DNA of 44,680 nucleotides from a virus (Duplodnaviria; Heunggongvirae; Uroviricota; Caudoviricetes): IMG/VR virus record IMGVR_UViG_2721755657_000002; one strand, 5' to 3'. Shown piece by piece: positions 8,180 to 18,935 of this stretch (position 1 is its first letter; each line of letters starts with the position of its first letter). The notes under the pieces were generated by a model. It saw only the letters and a program-made list of their open reading frames with translations, ran no database searches and was not told where the DNA came from. The position numbers and the translations under genes were made by a program.

Positions 8180-8602
8180 GTGGCAAAAGTTTTTACACAA
8201 GAAGAGCGGGAAAAAATTAAAGGGCAGGTTGTTGAACTCGTACGCCGGAGTGGGCGTGAGACGTTACGGCAACTGGAAGTCAAGACAGGTGCGACAAGAT
8301 ATTTGATGAGCGTTCTCGCAAGAGAGCTGGTTGCCAGCGGCGATGTATACAACTCTGGTTACGGGTTATTCCCGTCTGAACAGGCGCGTAAGGACTGGCA
8401 AAATGCCCGTAAAAAGCTCTCAAGGGTAAAGCTGAAGGAACCATCTGCGGTTGATCCGGACCTTATCTGGTCATTACCTGACGGAGAAATACGTCGTTAC
8501 GACAGGCGTCATAATATGATTTGTACTGAGTGTCGTAAAAGCGAAGTTATGCAGCGCATATTGTCGTTTTATCAGGGGGATGTCCGGTATTTATTGAAGT
8601 GA
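8180..8602 (+). CDS. Hypothetical protein (possible winged-helix DNA-binding protein), GTG start
   Basis: 140-aa ORF with AGGAGG 7 nt upstream of GTG; ...RETLRQLEVKTGATRYLMSVLARELV... Confidence 0.45.
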   Translation: MAKVFTQEEREKIKGQVVELVRRSGRETLRQLEVKTGATRYLMSVLARELVASGDVYNSGYGLFPSEQARKDWQNARKKLSRVKLKEPSAVDPDLIWSLPDGEIRRYDRRHNMICTECRKSEVMQRILSFYQGDVRYLLK

Positions 8603-8796
8603 CGAGATTAAAGTGCATTAGTTCAGATGCAAATTGACATTTTGTGGCACAGGGTAGAGCTAGCGTGGTTGTCCGCTTTGTGCCAAAAGCAGACATTGAT
8701 AACATTGAGATATGTTAATTTATAGGGAGCAGCTCAAGGCCATTGGAGCTTCCAGTTTTTGCCCCTGAAACCGTTCCCGATGAGTACTTCCACCTG

Positions 8797-8823
8797 AAGA
8801 CTGCGCAGTCTTAGTTTTCGTTT
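8797..8823 (+). terminator. Rho-independent terminator between convergent genes
   Basis: Perfect palindrome AAGACTGCGCAGTCTT followed by AGTTTTCGTTT. Confidence 0.5.
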
Positions 8824-8839
8824 CCTTTAGTTTATCCCT

Positions 8840-10174
8840 TTATGATACCGATAAAAACTTTTTTGTAATTTCTGCTGCCGTTTTCTCCATGCTGGGATAT
8901 ACAGTGCTTTCGGATATATTAAGCTGTGCCAGCTCTTCCAGAATTTTATTTTTGTTCGCTATCTCCACTCTGTTAAGAGGAAACTCAGCATCTGTTTCCG
9001 GTAAAATGGGATCAAGTCCGAACAGAAGAAAAGCTCCTGCCTGAGATTGTATGCGTTCATTATTTATTTTTGCCTTAAGGAAAACAACTTTCTTTAAGTC
9101 ATCAGGGATTATTCTGTTTCTGAAATATGATTTTTCATTCTGTATAAGGTCTGCAAGTTTATCAGTGAGTTCAGGTAACTCCATACTACCTTTTCTGGCA
9201 TCAATGGAAGACAATTTTTCCAACTCTTCGTAAGATAAAAGTGATAAGTTTGCTATACAGCTCACTGTGTCTGAGTCGAAATATTTAATTTTCTTTCTGT
9301 TTGTTGAAAACGCAATCACCTGTCCGTTTTCATCGGGGTTCGAACAGCAAGCAAAATATAATGCTATCAGTGGGTTAGATGTAATGTCTAAGAGTCTTGT
9401 AGGCAAGCCATAATGCTGCATGCGGACAAGTTTATCAATCGTAAATTTATCCTCCTTAAATTCATTTGGTCTTGCGCTGAGTATTTCACGTACTAAATCA
9501 GATTCTGAAGCAAGATGCCTGTACGTCCCGTTTTGATTTTTTCTGTAAAGAGAGGGGACAAGCTCATATGAGCTTTTAGAGTGTCCACGATAGAAGGTAA
9601 TGAGACCATCACGAAAGTTTTTCTTAATGAAATTAAGATAATCTATAATATTCTCGACTACTGGGTATGTTTGTTTTTTTAATTTGATTGTACCTTTCAG
9701 ATGGCTATTTTTTTTGTTTAAACCAAGTAATTCCAGAACAATATTCAAATCCTTATTTTTTACTGCCCAATGTGTACGACTTAACCCGAAAGATCCTAGT
9801 CCTAGGGTTTCTTTATATAATGTCGTTTGGGGATTCGTTATTTCTCCAAAATCATGATTAATCTTGAAAGAAAATAAAATATCGCCACCATCTTTACGTA
9901 AATTTCTTATTTCCCCAAGCCTGATCCTGATGTACTTGTTTGTATCATATTCATCATCTTTTGTATAAATTTCGGTCATGAACAACACCGGTAGCTTGGC
10001 GAGTACTCTTAAGGTATCGGGTCTTATTGGTGTTAATTTTCTGTAAATATTGCTTGGGGTGCCTTCCAGCATGCGGGACATCGAGAAGCTTTCCTTGCCT
10101 TCTTTAAGCTCAGGGTCCATACACGGCCAGCGGTCAAAAACGTCCGGTTCTCCGGCCATGATTAAGCTAAACAT
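8840..10174 (-). CDS. FRG-motif domain protein (444 aa) of unknown function; candidate prophage accessory/defence gene
   Basis: AGGAG 6 nt upstream of ATG; about 37% GC versus about 50% in neighbours; motifs ...LITFYRGHSKSSYELVPSLYRK... and ...RMQHYGLPTRLLDITSNPLIALYFAC... match the FRG family as I recall it. Confidence 0.7.
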   Translation of the reverse strand: MFSLIMAGEPDVFDRWPCMDPELKEGKESFSMSRMLEGTPSNIYRKLTPIRPDTLRVLAKLPVLFMTEIYTKDDEYDTNKYIRIRLGEIRNLRKDGGDILFSFKINHDFGEITNPQTTLYKETLGLGSFGLSRTHWAVKNKDLNIVLELLGLNKKNSHLKGTIKLKKQTYPVVENIIDYLNFIKKNFRDGLITFYRGHSKSSYELVPSLYRKNQNGTYRHLASESDLVREILSARPNEFKEDKFTIDKLVRMQHYGLPTRLLDITSNPLIALYFACCSNPDENGQVIAFSTNRKKIKYFDSDTVSCIANLSLLSYEELEKLSSIDARKGSMELPELTDKLADLIQNEKSYFRNRIIPDDLKKVVFLKAKINNERIQSQAGAFLLFGLDPILPETDAEFPLNRVEIANKNKILEELAQLNISESTVYPSMEKTAAEITKKFLSVS

Positions 10175-10276
10175 CGCAATCTCCTAAATTTACTTACTAA
10201 AGTCAGTGTATTTTTATCATGTTGCTTCATTGTGTATGAAAGTAACATTGGTTGTCCATGCTCGTATGCCTCTCAT

Positions 10277-10350
10277 AATTCACAAATTTGCGAATATTTT
10301 TTATAAAAATTCAAAACTGATAGGGTGACACAATCAAAATTCACAAAGTG
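10277..10350. promoter_or_regulatory. Three direct repeats AATTCA(C)AAA in the promoter region of the FRG-domain gene
   Basis: aattcacaaatttg (10277), aaattcaaaactg (10307), aaattcacaaagtg (10337), about 30-bp spacing. Confidence 0.3.
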
Positions 10351-10684
10351 AACCTGCTTCTAATGTGGTTACGGTACGATCATGTGGGCAATTTCCATTG
10401 CTGAAAACTCCGGGATCAACCATGATGTATGAGCTGTAGTATGAAGTCTCTTGCTATCCGGTTAAGTAAATGTCTGCTTCTCACTCAAAGCGGACTAGAA
10501 GGTTAGCTTGCGTCGGACTTGGCGTATTTAAAGAAGTGCTGGTGGTAACTGGTTGTTGTGTTCCATTTCTACAAAACAAAATCACAGAAACTATACCCAA
10601 TAGTTATATTGAATCAATGATGAGACAGCCTCATATTTATCAGAACTGGTGTACGTCCAATACAGGAGGTTGTCGTGCTGGTTC

Positions 10685-10774
10685 TCAAATGTGCGCTAGC
10701 TATTGCGGCTGTAATGGCAATTTATTGTCTTGCTGTTGTTCTTACGGATCGCCTTTCTGATTGATTTTATATTG
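10685..10774 (+). CDS. Candidate 29-aa hydrophobic peptide (Hok-like N-terminal TM; possible type I toxin or hok remnant)
   Basis: AGGAGG 5 nt upstream of GTG; product MLVLKCALAIAAVMAIYCLAVVLTDRLSD. Confidence 0.3.
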
Positions 10775-10975
10775 GCGAGGTGACGGGAGTTAAGTAGAAT
10801 TGCTGCGGGTGCTTGAGGCTATCTGCCTCAGGCATGAACACCAACGGCAGATAGAGAAAAGCCCCAGTTAACATTACGCGTCCTGCAAGACGCTTAACAT
10901 TAATCTGAGGCCAATTTCATGCTAGACATATGTAGGTTAGCCTCTTACGTGCCGAAAGGCAAGGAGAAGCAGGCT

Positions 10976-11131
10976 ATGAAGCAGCAAAAGGCGATGTTAA
11001 TCGCCCTGATCGTCATCTGTTTAACCGTCATAGTGACGGCACTGGTAACGAGGAAAGACCTCTGCGAGGTACGAATCCGAACCGGCCAGACGGAGGTCGC
11101 TGTCTTCACAGCTTACGAACCTGAGGAGTAA
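10976..11131 (+). CDS. hokD: Hok-family membrane toxin HokD (RelF)
   Basis: MKQQKAMLIALIVICLTVIVTALVTRKDLCEVRIRTGQTEVAVFTAYEPEE; AAGGAG about 10 nt upstream. Confidence 0.85.
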   Translation: MKQQKAMLIALIVICLTVIVTALVTRKDLCEVRIRTGQTEVAVFTAYEPEE

Positions 11132-11200
11132 GAGACCCGGCGAGGGAGAAATCCCTCGCCACCTCTGATGTGGCAGGCATCCTCAACGCACCCGCACTTA

Positions 11201-11230
11201 ACCCGCTTCGGCGGGTTTTTGTTTTTATTT
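11201..11230 (+). terminator. Rho-independent terminator after hokD
   Basis: ACCCGCTTCGGCGGGT stem followed by TTTTTGTTTTTATTTT. Confidence 0.6.
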
Positions 11231-11347
11231 TCAACGCGTTTGAAGTTCTGGACGGTGCCGGAATAGAATCAAAAATACTTAAGTAGCGCGCAGGGATAAG
11301 AGGGATGGTCCCTTAAAGGGGAGAGCTAATTATCCGGAAGAATTCTG

Positions 11348-11599
11348 ATGATGAACATCGAAGAACTGCGTAAAATTTTTTGTGAAGATGGCCTCTATGC
11401 TGTGTGCGTTGAAAATGGAAATCTTGTTAGTCATTACCGCATTATGTGTTTGCGAAAGAATGGGGCTGCGTTAATTAATTTTGTGGATGGTCGAGTGACA
11501 GACGGATTTATCTTGCGCGAAGGTGAGTTTGTCACTTCATTACAGGCACTGAAAGAGATCGGAATAAAAGCAGGCTTTTCAGCTTTTGCAGAAGAATAA
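11348..11599 (+). CDS. rem: Rem-like small protein (83 aa)
   Basis: 83-aa ORF between hokD and ydfU as in Qin. Confidence 0.6.
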   Translation: MMNIEELRKIFCEDGLYAVCVENGNLVSHYRIMCLRKNGAALINFVDGRVTDGFILREGEFVTSLQALKEIGIKAGFSAFAEE

Positions 11600-11665
11600 A
11601 CTCATCTACAATCTTGCGCGGGGCTGAACTCCCGCTGAGTAACACCGTGCCACCGGAGAAAACCG

Positions 11666-11944
11666 ATGGCACGCAACGTAAAATATTACAATTCTGATAA
11701 TTCGCCCGTTCTTGTCTGCACGCACGAGCGGTATTCTCACGCATTCAAGTCTGAATGGTTCCAACACCCTCCATGCACTGAAGAGCAGGCTGAATGGATA
11801 ATTCAGTGTTACCGCAGGCGCGGATACGAGGTTAAAAAAGCCCTTAGCCTCGACTACCGTCACTGGATAATCTCAGTCAGATTGCCTTACTCCGAACGCC
11901 CACCGCGTCCGTCCCGTACATTCCAGCAACGCCTCTGGAGGTAA
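11666..11944 (+). CDS. Hypothetical protein (92 aa)
   Basis: ORF with GGAG-like RBS, co-directional and tightly packed upstream of ydfU. Confidence 0.4.
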   Translation: MARNVKYYNSDNSPVLVCTHERYSHAFKSEWFQHPPCTEEQAEWIIQCYRRRGYEVKKALSLDYRHWIISVRLPYSERPPRPSRTFQQRLWR

Positions 11945-11945
11945 C

Positions 11946-12995
11946 GTGCGGGTATTACTTCGACCTGTTCTGGTACCGGAACTCGGGCTGGTGGTCGTTA
12001 AGCCGGGCCGTGAATCCATGCCGGTATTCCACAATACCCGGGTACTGGTGGAGCCGGAACCGAAAAGCATGCGTAATCTGCCGTCCGGGGTCGTTCCTGC
12101 CGTTCGCCAGCCGCTGGTGGAAGACAAAACATTGCTGCCGTTTTTCAGTAACGCACGGGTAATTCGTGCTGCTGGTGGTGCTGGTGCATTGTCTGACTGG
12201 CTGTTGCGCCATATTAAATCCTGCCAGTGGCCACACGGCGATTATCATCACAGCGAAACCGTTATTCACCGATATGGTACCGGCGCAATGGTGTTGTGCT
12301 GGCACTGCGACAACCAGCTGCGTGACCAGACATCCGAATCACTCGAGCAACTTGCTCATCAAAACCTGTCAGCATGGATGATTGACGTCATCGGTCACGC
12401 AATAAGCGGTACGCAGGAGCGTGAATTATCTCTGGCTGAATTATCCTGGTGGGCGGTCCGCAATCAGCTGGCGGACGCGCTACCGGAAGCGGTATTACGT
12501 CGCTCGCTGGGATTACCAGCGGAAAAAATCTGCTCGGTGTACCGCGAAAGCGACATCGTACCGGGAGAGCAGACCGCCACCAGCATATTGAAACAGCGCA
12601 CAAAAAATCTTGCACCGTTGCCTCACGCCCACCAGCAACAAAACCCATCACAGGAAAAGACGGTGGTAAGCATCACCGTTGATCCAGAGTCTCCGGAATC
12701 TTTCATGAAGCTGCCTAAACGTCACCGGTGGGTTAAGGAGAAATACACACGCTGGGTTAAGACACAGCCGTGTGCTTGCTGCGGTATGCCAGCCGACGAT
12801 CCGCATCATCTGATTGGTCACGGGCAGGGCGGAATGGGAACCAAAGCACATGATCTCTTTGTTTTGCCTTTGTGCAGAAAGCATCACGACGAGTTGCATA
12901 CGGATACCGTGGCATTTGAAGAGAAGTATGGCTCCCAACTGGAGCTGATTTTTCGATTTATCGATCGCGCGCTGGCAATTGGTGTGCTGGCCTAA
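11946..12995 (+). CDS. ydfU: YdfU-like protein (DUF968, C-terminal Cys/His-rich HNH-like motif)
   Basis: 349 aa, same length as YdfU; C-terminal ...[28 protein letters not shown]...CRKHHDELH... Confidence 0.75.
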   Translation: MRVLLRPVLVPELGLVVVKPGRESMPVFHNTRVLVEPEPKSMRNLPSGVVPAVRQPLVEDKTLLPFFSNARVIRAAGGAGALSDWLLRHIKSCQWPHGDYHHSETVIHRYGTGAMVLCWHCDNQLRDQTSESLEQLAHQNLSAWMIDVIGHAISGTQERELSLAELSWWAVRNQLADALPEAVLRRSLGLPAEKICSVYRESDIVPGEQTATSILKQRTKNLAPLPHAHQQQNPSQEKTVVSITVDPESPESFMKLPKRHRWVKEKYTRWVKTQPCACCGMPADDPHHLIGHGQGGMGTKAHDLFVLPLCRKHHDELHTDTVAFEEKYGSQLELIFRFIDRALAIGVLA

Positions 12996-13012
12996 TTTTG
13001 TGGAGTAAGTTG

Positions 13013-13390
13013 ATGCGTGATATTCAGATGGTTCTTGAGCGTTGGGGGGCATGGGCGGCTAATAATCATGAAGATGTGACCTGGTCGTCCATTGCCGCCG
13101 GTTTTAAGGGATTAATTCCTTCAAAAGTAAGATCTCGTCCGCAATGCTGTGACGATGACGCGATGATCATTTGTGAATGTATGGCTCGCCTGAAAAAAAA
13201 CAACAGCGATTTACATGATTTATTGGTGGACTATTATGTCGGCGGCATGACTTTTATGGCGCTTGCACGTAAGCATGGGCGATCTGATTGTTGGGTTGGC
13301 AGGATGCTCCAGAAAGCTGAGGGCGTAGTGGAGGGCATGCTGATGGTGTTGGATCTCCGATTGGAGATGGATGCTGATTGTTCGAAATAA
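13013..13390 (+). CDS. Late-gene antiterminator Q (phage 82/21 QuuD-like)
   Basis: [24 protein letters not shown]...[32 protein letters not shown]... matches the Q-antiterminator family as remembered; followed by a terminator. Confidence 0.8.
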   Translation: MRDIQMVLERWGAWAANNHEDVTWSSIAAGFKGLIPSKVRSRPQCCDDDAMIICECMARLKKNNSDLHDLLVDYYVGGMTFMALARKHGRSDCWVGRMLQKAEGVVEGMLMVLDLRLEMDADCSK

Positions 13391-13488
13391 TTAAAGGAAA
13401 AGTTGCTGTCTGATTTTCATTAGTCTAACATTTTAAATGTTGGAATCGCAACGTAGTTATTATCATATAACAGCTTGTTTCCTGATTT

Positions 13489-13518
13489 AGCCAGCCTCCC
13501 CAAAGGCTGGTTTTTTTC
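13489..13518 (+). terminator. Rho-independent terminator downstream of Q (tR'-like)
   Basis: CCAGCCTCCCCAAAGGCTGG stem-loop followed by TTTTTTT. Confidence 0.55.
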
Positions 13519-13545
13519 TAATAAGTATCATTTCGGGTGGGGATT

Positions 13546-14070
13546 TTATTGTTTAACCCATAATAGTTCATTGACATTGAATCCCAACTTTTGAGCGGTA
13601 CGCACATAGTCTGCTTTTACATTATCTGGAATAGTTTGGGTCCTTGCCAGAATCCATAGGTATTCTCTGTTCGGACCACTGACAAGAGCATACTTATACT
13701 CATCATCCAGTTTGATTACATTATAGCCACCATAGAAGGGGCCAAAAAACGAAACTTTCAACGCTGCAGTTTTAGTATCTCCAGTAAAGTATGCTTTACC
13801 TTCGCTCTCGCTCCATTTGTTTTTCGTTGGATCGTATCCACGGTTAAGTACGCGAATCCCTCCGTCGTTCCGTTTTTCATAAGTAGCGCTGACCTGTTCC
13901 AGACCACGTTCGAACCAGTTCTCGAGGCGAGCTATTTCATACCATTTTCCGAGGTAGCGGTTGGCGTCAAAATTTGTAATCGGCTGCACACCTTTAGGTG
14001 GTGTCGGGGCCTTACATGCTATAAGAGTGAAAGAGAGTGCAATGCCAGTCAACACAGGCCATAACTTCAT
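13546..14070 (-). CDS. blc: Outer-membrane lipoprotein, bacterial lipocalin Blc family
   Basis: Lipobox LIAC after signal peptide; lipocalin motifs ...RYLGKWYEIARLENWFE..., ...YLWILAR...; on the opposite strand within the late region. Confidence 0.8.
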   Translation of the reverse strand: MKLWPVLTGIALSFTLIACKAPTPPKGVQPITNFDANRYLGKWYEIARLENWFERGLEQVSATYEKRNDGGIRVLNRGYDPTKNKWSESEGKAYFTGDTKTAALKVSFFGPFYGGYNVIKLDDEYKYALVSGPNREYLWILARTQTIPDNVKADYVRTAQKLGFNVNELLWVKQ

Positions 14071-14262
14071 AATAAATCCTGTACTTTTGATAGTTGAGAG
14101 TAAGTATGAAAGATAGATGAGTACGACCGATCACTTAAAGAACTTTCCTACTATATTAGGAATAGTCAATAACAGAAAAATTGTCAGTGATGAAGCCAGA
14201 AAGGCAATTTAGTCCGTGCACTACAAAGTTTATGTGTTAATGAATTAGTCAAGGGGGAGGAA

Positions 14263-15222
14263 ATGATAAAAAAACCTGTGATTGGGATCAGCGGTTGTTT
14301 GGGCGGTTCTGCTGTTCGTTTTGATGGTGGTCACAAAAGAGATGACTTTTTAATGGACAAATTAGTGGAATGGGTAACATTCAGACCAGTATGTCCGGAA
14401 ATGGCTATAGGGCTGCCAGTTCCGCGTCCTGCTCTACGACTTGTGCGCTCGAAGCAAGGAAATATACGGATGTGTTTCAGCCACGACCAGAATGAGGATG
14501 TGACAGAGAGAATGACAGAGTTTAGTCGTTCTTATATGGACAAATTAAAGGATGTATCGGGGTTTGTGGTTTGTGCTAAATCTCCCAGCTGTGGCATGGA
14601 GCGCGTGCGTGTCTATGATGAAAATGGTAATCGAGGTCGTAAAGATGGAGTGGGACTATTTACGAGCACTTTGATGGAAAAGTTTTCCTGGCTACCGGTT
14701 GAAGAGGATGGGCGATTACATGATCCAGTGCTTCGTGAGAATTTTATTGAAAGAGTTTTTGCTTTGCATGAGCTCAATCACCTTTACAAGGAGAAATTAT
14801 CAAGAAGAGAGTTATTAGCTTTTCATAGTCGTTATAAGCTTCAGTTGTTGGCGCATAGCCAGGCAGGCTATAAAGATATGGGACCATTTGTGGCTGCAAT
14901 ACACGAGTGGGCGGACCTTGAATCATACTTTGAGGTGTATCGTGATAATCTGATGGCGATTCTCAGAAAACCAGCATCACGTAAAAATCACACGAATGTG
15001 CTGATGCATATACAGGGGTATTTTAGTAATTACTTAAGTACACGCCAGCGTAAAGAGTTGAGCGAGGTTATACTTAACTATCGCTTTGGCACATTGCCTC
15101 TTCTTGCGCCGTTGACTCTGCTGAAGCATTATCTGGGTGAGTATCCTAATGATTACTTGCTTACACAGAACTACTTCGATCCCTATCCGGAAGAACTGGC
15201 TCTAAGACTGATGGTGAATTAA
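14263..15222 (+). CDS. DUF523 (TudS-like thiouracil desulfidase fold)/DUF1722 (YbgA-like) fusion protein
   Basis: N-terminus MIKKPVIGISGCLGGSAVRFDGGHKRDDF... plus conserved Cys residues; C-terminal helical region recalled as YbgA-like. Confidence 0.6.
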   Translation: MIKKPVIGISGCLGGSAVRFDGGHKRDDFLMDKLVEWVTFRPVCPEMAIGLPVPRPALRLVRSKQGNIRMCFSHDQNEDVTERMTEFSRSYMDKLKDVSGFVVCAKSPSCGMERVRVYDENGNRGRKDGVGLFTSTLMEKFSWLPVEEDGRLHDPVLRENFIERVFALHELNHLYKEKLSRRELLAFHSRYKLQLLAHSQAGYKDMGPFVAAIHEWADLESYFEVYRDNLMAILRKPASRKNHTNVLMHIQGYFSNYLSTRQRKELSEVILNYRFGTLPLLAPLTLLKHYLGEYPNDYLLTQNYFDPYPEELALRLMVN

Positions 15223-15619
15223 CTGTATGCGATATCATCTGAAAGTGATGAGTTCCTGTATGCAGGATATTTACAATCGTAAAAACTACGCTATGATGCT
15301 CATAGTGTCAGTTTTTATAAAAATCCTGTTCACGCTAAAGAAAACATTGAGATGCAATTTAATGTTGGTAAACATACCAGCCCCAAAAGATTTTATTCAA
15401 TCTGTTTTTATATGAAGATATTTCAAGTGAATATTAAGAGCATATAATATTATTATTGCACGCAGCTATTATAATATAACAGATTAGTTTAATGATTTGT
15501 TTTTTGTGAGTTAAACACATGGTTTTATAGTTGTGATGCAATGAGATTTTCCTTATTGTTGAACTGGCGAATATTGATTTTCCACCTATACTTACCTGGT
15601 GTAACCCCAATGATATCAG

Positions 15620-16342
15620 GTGGATAATATGCCATACATATGTTCTATCATTTTGGTGTTGAACTCGTTTGGTGTCCGAATTGGTAAAGAAGATATTTTG
15701 TTTAAAAAAGGAAATGCTGTCCTCATTGAATACAATTTAAAAGATCTTTTTTCGTCAAATACAGATCATCTAATGATCGTAGATGTTGAGGAGAAAACAG
15801 TTAATGATTTCTTTAAAAACTACACACTCTCACCTTTTTCTGTAAGAAGGTTTTATCCGTCATACTTGATAGTAGAATGTGAAGATTTTTCATTGTTAAA
15901 GAACTTGGTTGCATGCTTGAATTGTGATAGCAAAACCGTGGATGTAGTTAGAAATCAAATATCACTTGCATGTCTTGCTGTCTTATCTTCAGAGAAAATA
16001 GTGCAAAGTTTTTTGTTCGGAAGTCTTAATAGCTTAGGTTGTAAAGTTAAGGCTATTATTCACTCGGATATCTCTGCGTCATGGAGACTTTGTGATATAT
16101 CTTCAAGATTATATATGAGCGAGAGTTTGTTAAAAAGAAAATTAAAAGACGAAGGATTATCGTTTAGTAAATTAATTCTTGAAGAACGAATGATGATGGC
16201 GCAAAGATTATTGATCTACAGTAACCATACTGTCGGCAAGGTGGCGGGAATATGCGGGTATGACAATGCATCATATTTTGTAAGTGTTTTTAGAGGATAT
16301 TTTGGTGTGCCTCCGCACCAATATTTATCAAGATTTTCTTAG
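15620..16342 (+). CDS. AraC/XylS-family transcriptional regulator (AppY/GadX-like architecture)
   Basis: C-terminal dual HTH ...MAQRLLIYSNHTVGKVAGICGYDNASYFVSVFRGYFGVPPHQY...; very AT-rich gene and flanks. Confidence 0.85.
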   Translation: MDNMPYICSIILVLNSFGVRIGKEDILFKKGNAVLIEYNLKDLFSSNTDHLMIVDVEEKTVNDFFKNYTLSPFSVRRFYPSYLIVECEDFSLLKNLVACLNCDSKTVDVVRNQISLACLAVLSSEKIVQSFLFGSLNSLGCKVKAIIHSDISASWRLCDISSRLYMSESLLKRKLKDEGLSFSKLILEERMMMAQRLLIYSNHTVGKVAGICGYDNASYFVSVFRGYFGVPPHQYLSRFS

Positions 16343-16532
16343 AAGATATGATGTGATGGCATTTTATAAAGTTATTTTTTGAAGTGTAAGATTATACGAT
16401 ATTTTTAGCTACGCCAGAATAATTGCTGGCGTTTTTCTTTTTGAATAGATGTTCGGGCCTTACGCTAATGTAACTTCTTTCCTTCTTCGAACCAAACCGT
16501 GTACACCATCCGTTATCTGCGGAGGTGAGGCT

Positions 16533-16748
16533 ATGAAATCCATGGATAAGTTAACAACGGGCATCGCCTACAGCACCTCTGCAGGCAGTGCTGGCTACTG
16601 GTTTTTACAGTTGCTCGATAAAGTCACGCCCTCACAGTGGGCGGCAATAGGTGTATTGGGTAGTCTGGTATTTGGCATGCTGACGTATCTGACAAATCTT
16701 TATTTCAAGATTAAAGAAGACAGGCGTAAGGCTGCGAGAGGAGAGTAA
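16533..16748 (+). CDS. essQ: Class II holin (phage 21 S-type pinholin)
   Basis: 71 aa, two TM segments, ...[20 protein letters not shown]...[15 protein letters not shown]; GGAGG RBS. Confidence 0.85.
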   Translation: MKSMDKLTTGIAYSTSAGSAGYWFLQLLDKVTPSQWAAIGVLGSLVFGMLTYLTNLYFKIKEDRRKAARGE

Positions 16749-16752
16749 TCCA

Positions 16753-17060
16753 ATGACTCAAGACTATGAACTGGTTGTGAAAGGAGTCCGTAATTTTGAG
16801 AATAAAGTTACGGTAACTGTAGCCTTACAGGACAAAGAACGCTTTGACGGTGAAATTTTTGGCCTGGATGTCGCCATGGACCGTGTTGAAGGAGCTGCGC
16901 TGGAGTTTTATGAGGCAGCAGCCAGAATGAGCGTCCGGCAAGTCTTCCTGGAAGTAGCAGAAAAATTGTCAGAAAAAGTTGAGTCTTATCTGCAGCATCA
17001 GTACTCCTTTAAGATTGAAAATCCTGCCAATAAGCACGAGCGTCCTCATCATAAATATCT

Positions 17061-17064
<4 letters not shown>
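16753..17064 (+). CDS. ydfR: YdfR-like protein (DUF1327) inside the lysis cassette
   Basis: 103-aa ORF between holin and endolysin, as in Qin. Confidence 0.7.
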
Positions 17065-18088
<1,024 letters not shown>

Positions 18089-18448
18089 ATTAATATTAAA
18101 TCGGATTATTTTTAGCGCTGAATGTGAAATTTAAATAAAAAGGACTCTTCCATGAGTCAAAATCCTTGAAATCTTAAGGGTAAGATAAAAGGTCATTAGA
18201 CAGAATGACACGTTTTATTAATAAATAAAGCTATTGTTTCATTCGTGTGTTTTTCTTTACAAAAGTAATCCTTGCTATGGTTGGTTAATCATGCGTTAAT
18301 GGTGTTCTGGTTTGTTACAAAATTATCTGAAGCAGTCATTGTTATAATTTTATTATTTGTACCTCTTGAGATTTCCTTGTTGGTTTTTCTCTCTGATATT
18401 TTTTTTCGGACCATTCTGCCCAAGGGCTAACTTCTTCAAAAGGTAATA

Positions 18449-18664
18449 ATGATGTCTAACAAAATGACTGGTTTAGTGAAATGGTTTAACCCTGAAAAAG
18501 GTTTTGGTTTCATCACGCCGAAAGATGGTAGCAAAGATGTGTTTGTGCATTTCTCAGCTATTCAGAGCAACGATTTCAAAACGTTAACTGAGAATCAGGA
18601 AGTCGAATTTGGTATTGAGAACGGACCTAAAGGCCCTGCAGCTGTTCATGTAGTGGCACTTTGA
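18449..18664 (+). CDS. cspI: Cold-shock protein CspI-like
   Basis: ...[30 protein letters not shown]... cold-shock domain; long AT-rich 5' leader. Confidence 0.85.
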   Translation: MMSNKMTGLVKWFNPEKGFGFITPKDGSKDVFVHFSAIQSNDFKTLTENQEVEFGIENGPKGPAAVHVVAL

Positions 18665-18935
18665 GGTAGAAAATATTACAAACCATATTCACTTTAGATG
18701 CCCGTGTTGCCATGGTTCTCAGTATAGAACATCATCTTTTGATGTTTCTGACAGAAATCCTTTCGGGGCAAAATGTATCTTTTGTAAATCAATGATGATT
18801 ACATTTGATAATATTTCACAATACTTAAATGTTAGCCATCTGTCGTTAGATTTAAGAAAGTGAAAATGAAGGCTCCTTCGGGAGCTTTTTTGCTTAGTGT
18901 CTAGTCGATGGATACTCACATATTACGGTAACATT

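Noticed and set aside
10470-10760. 96-aa cysteine-rich ORF (looked like a possible Cys-rich peptide or bacteriocin)
   Set aside because: No RBS and atypical composition; the Cys codons arise from GCTGTTGTT-type hydrophobic codons read out of frame; the overlapping 29-codon frame with a strong SD is the more plausible product
11955-13052. Minus-strand ORFs of 116 and 134 aa overlapping ydfU and Q
   Set aside because: Antisense to recognisable genes, no RBS, low-complexity products
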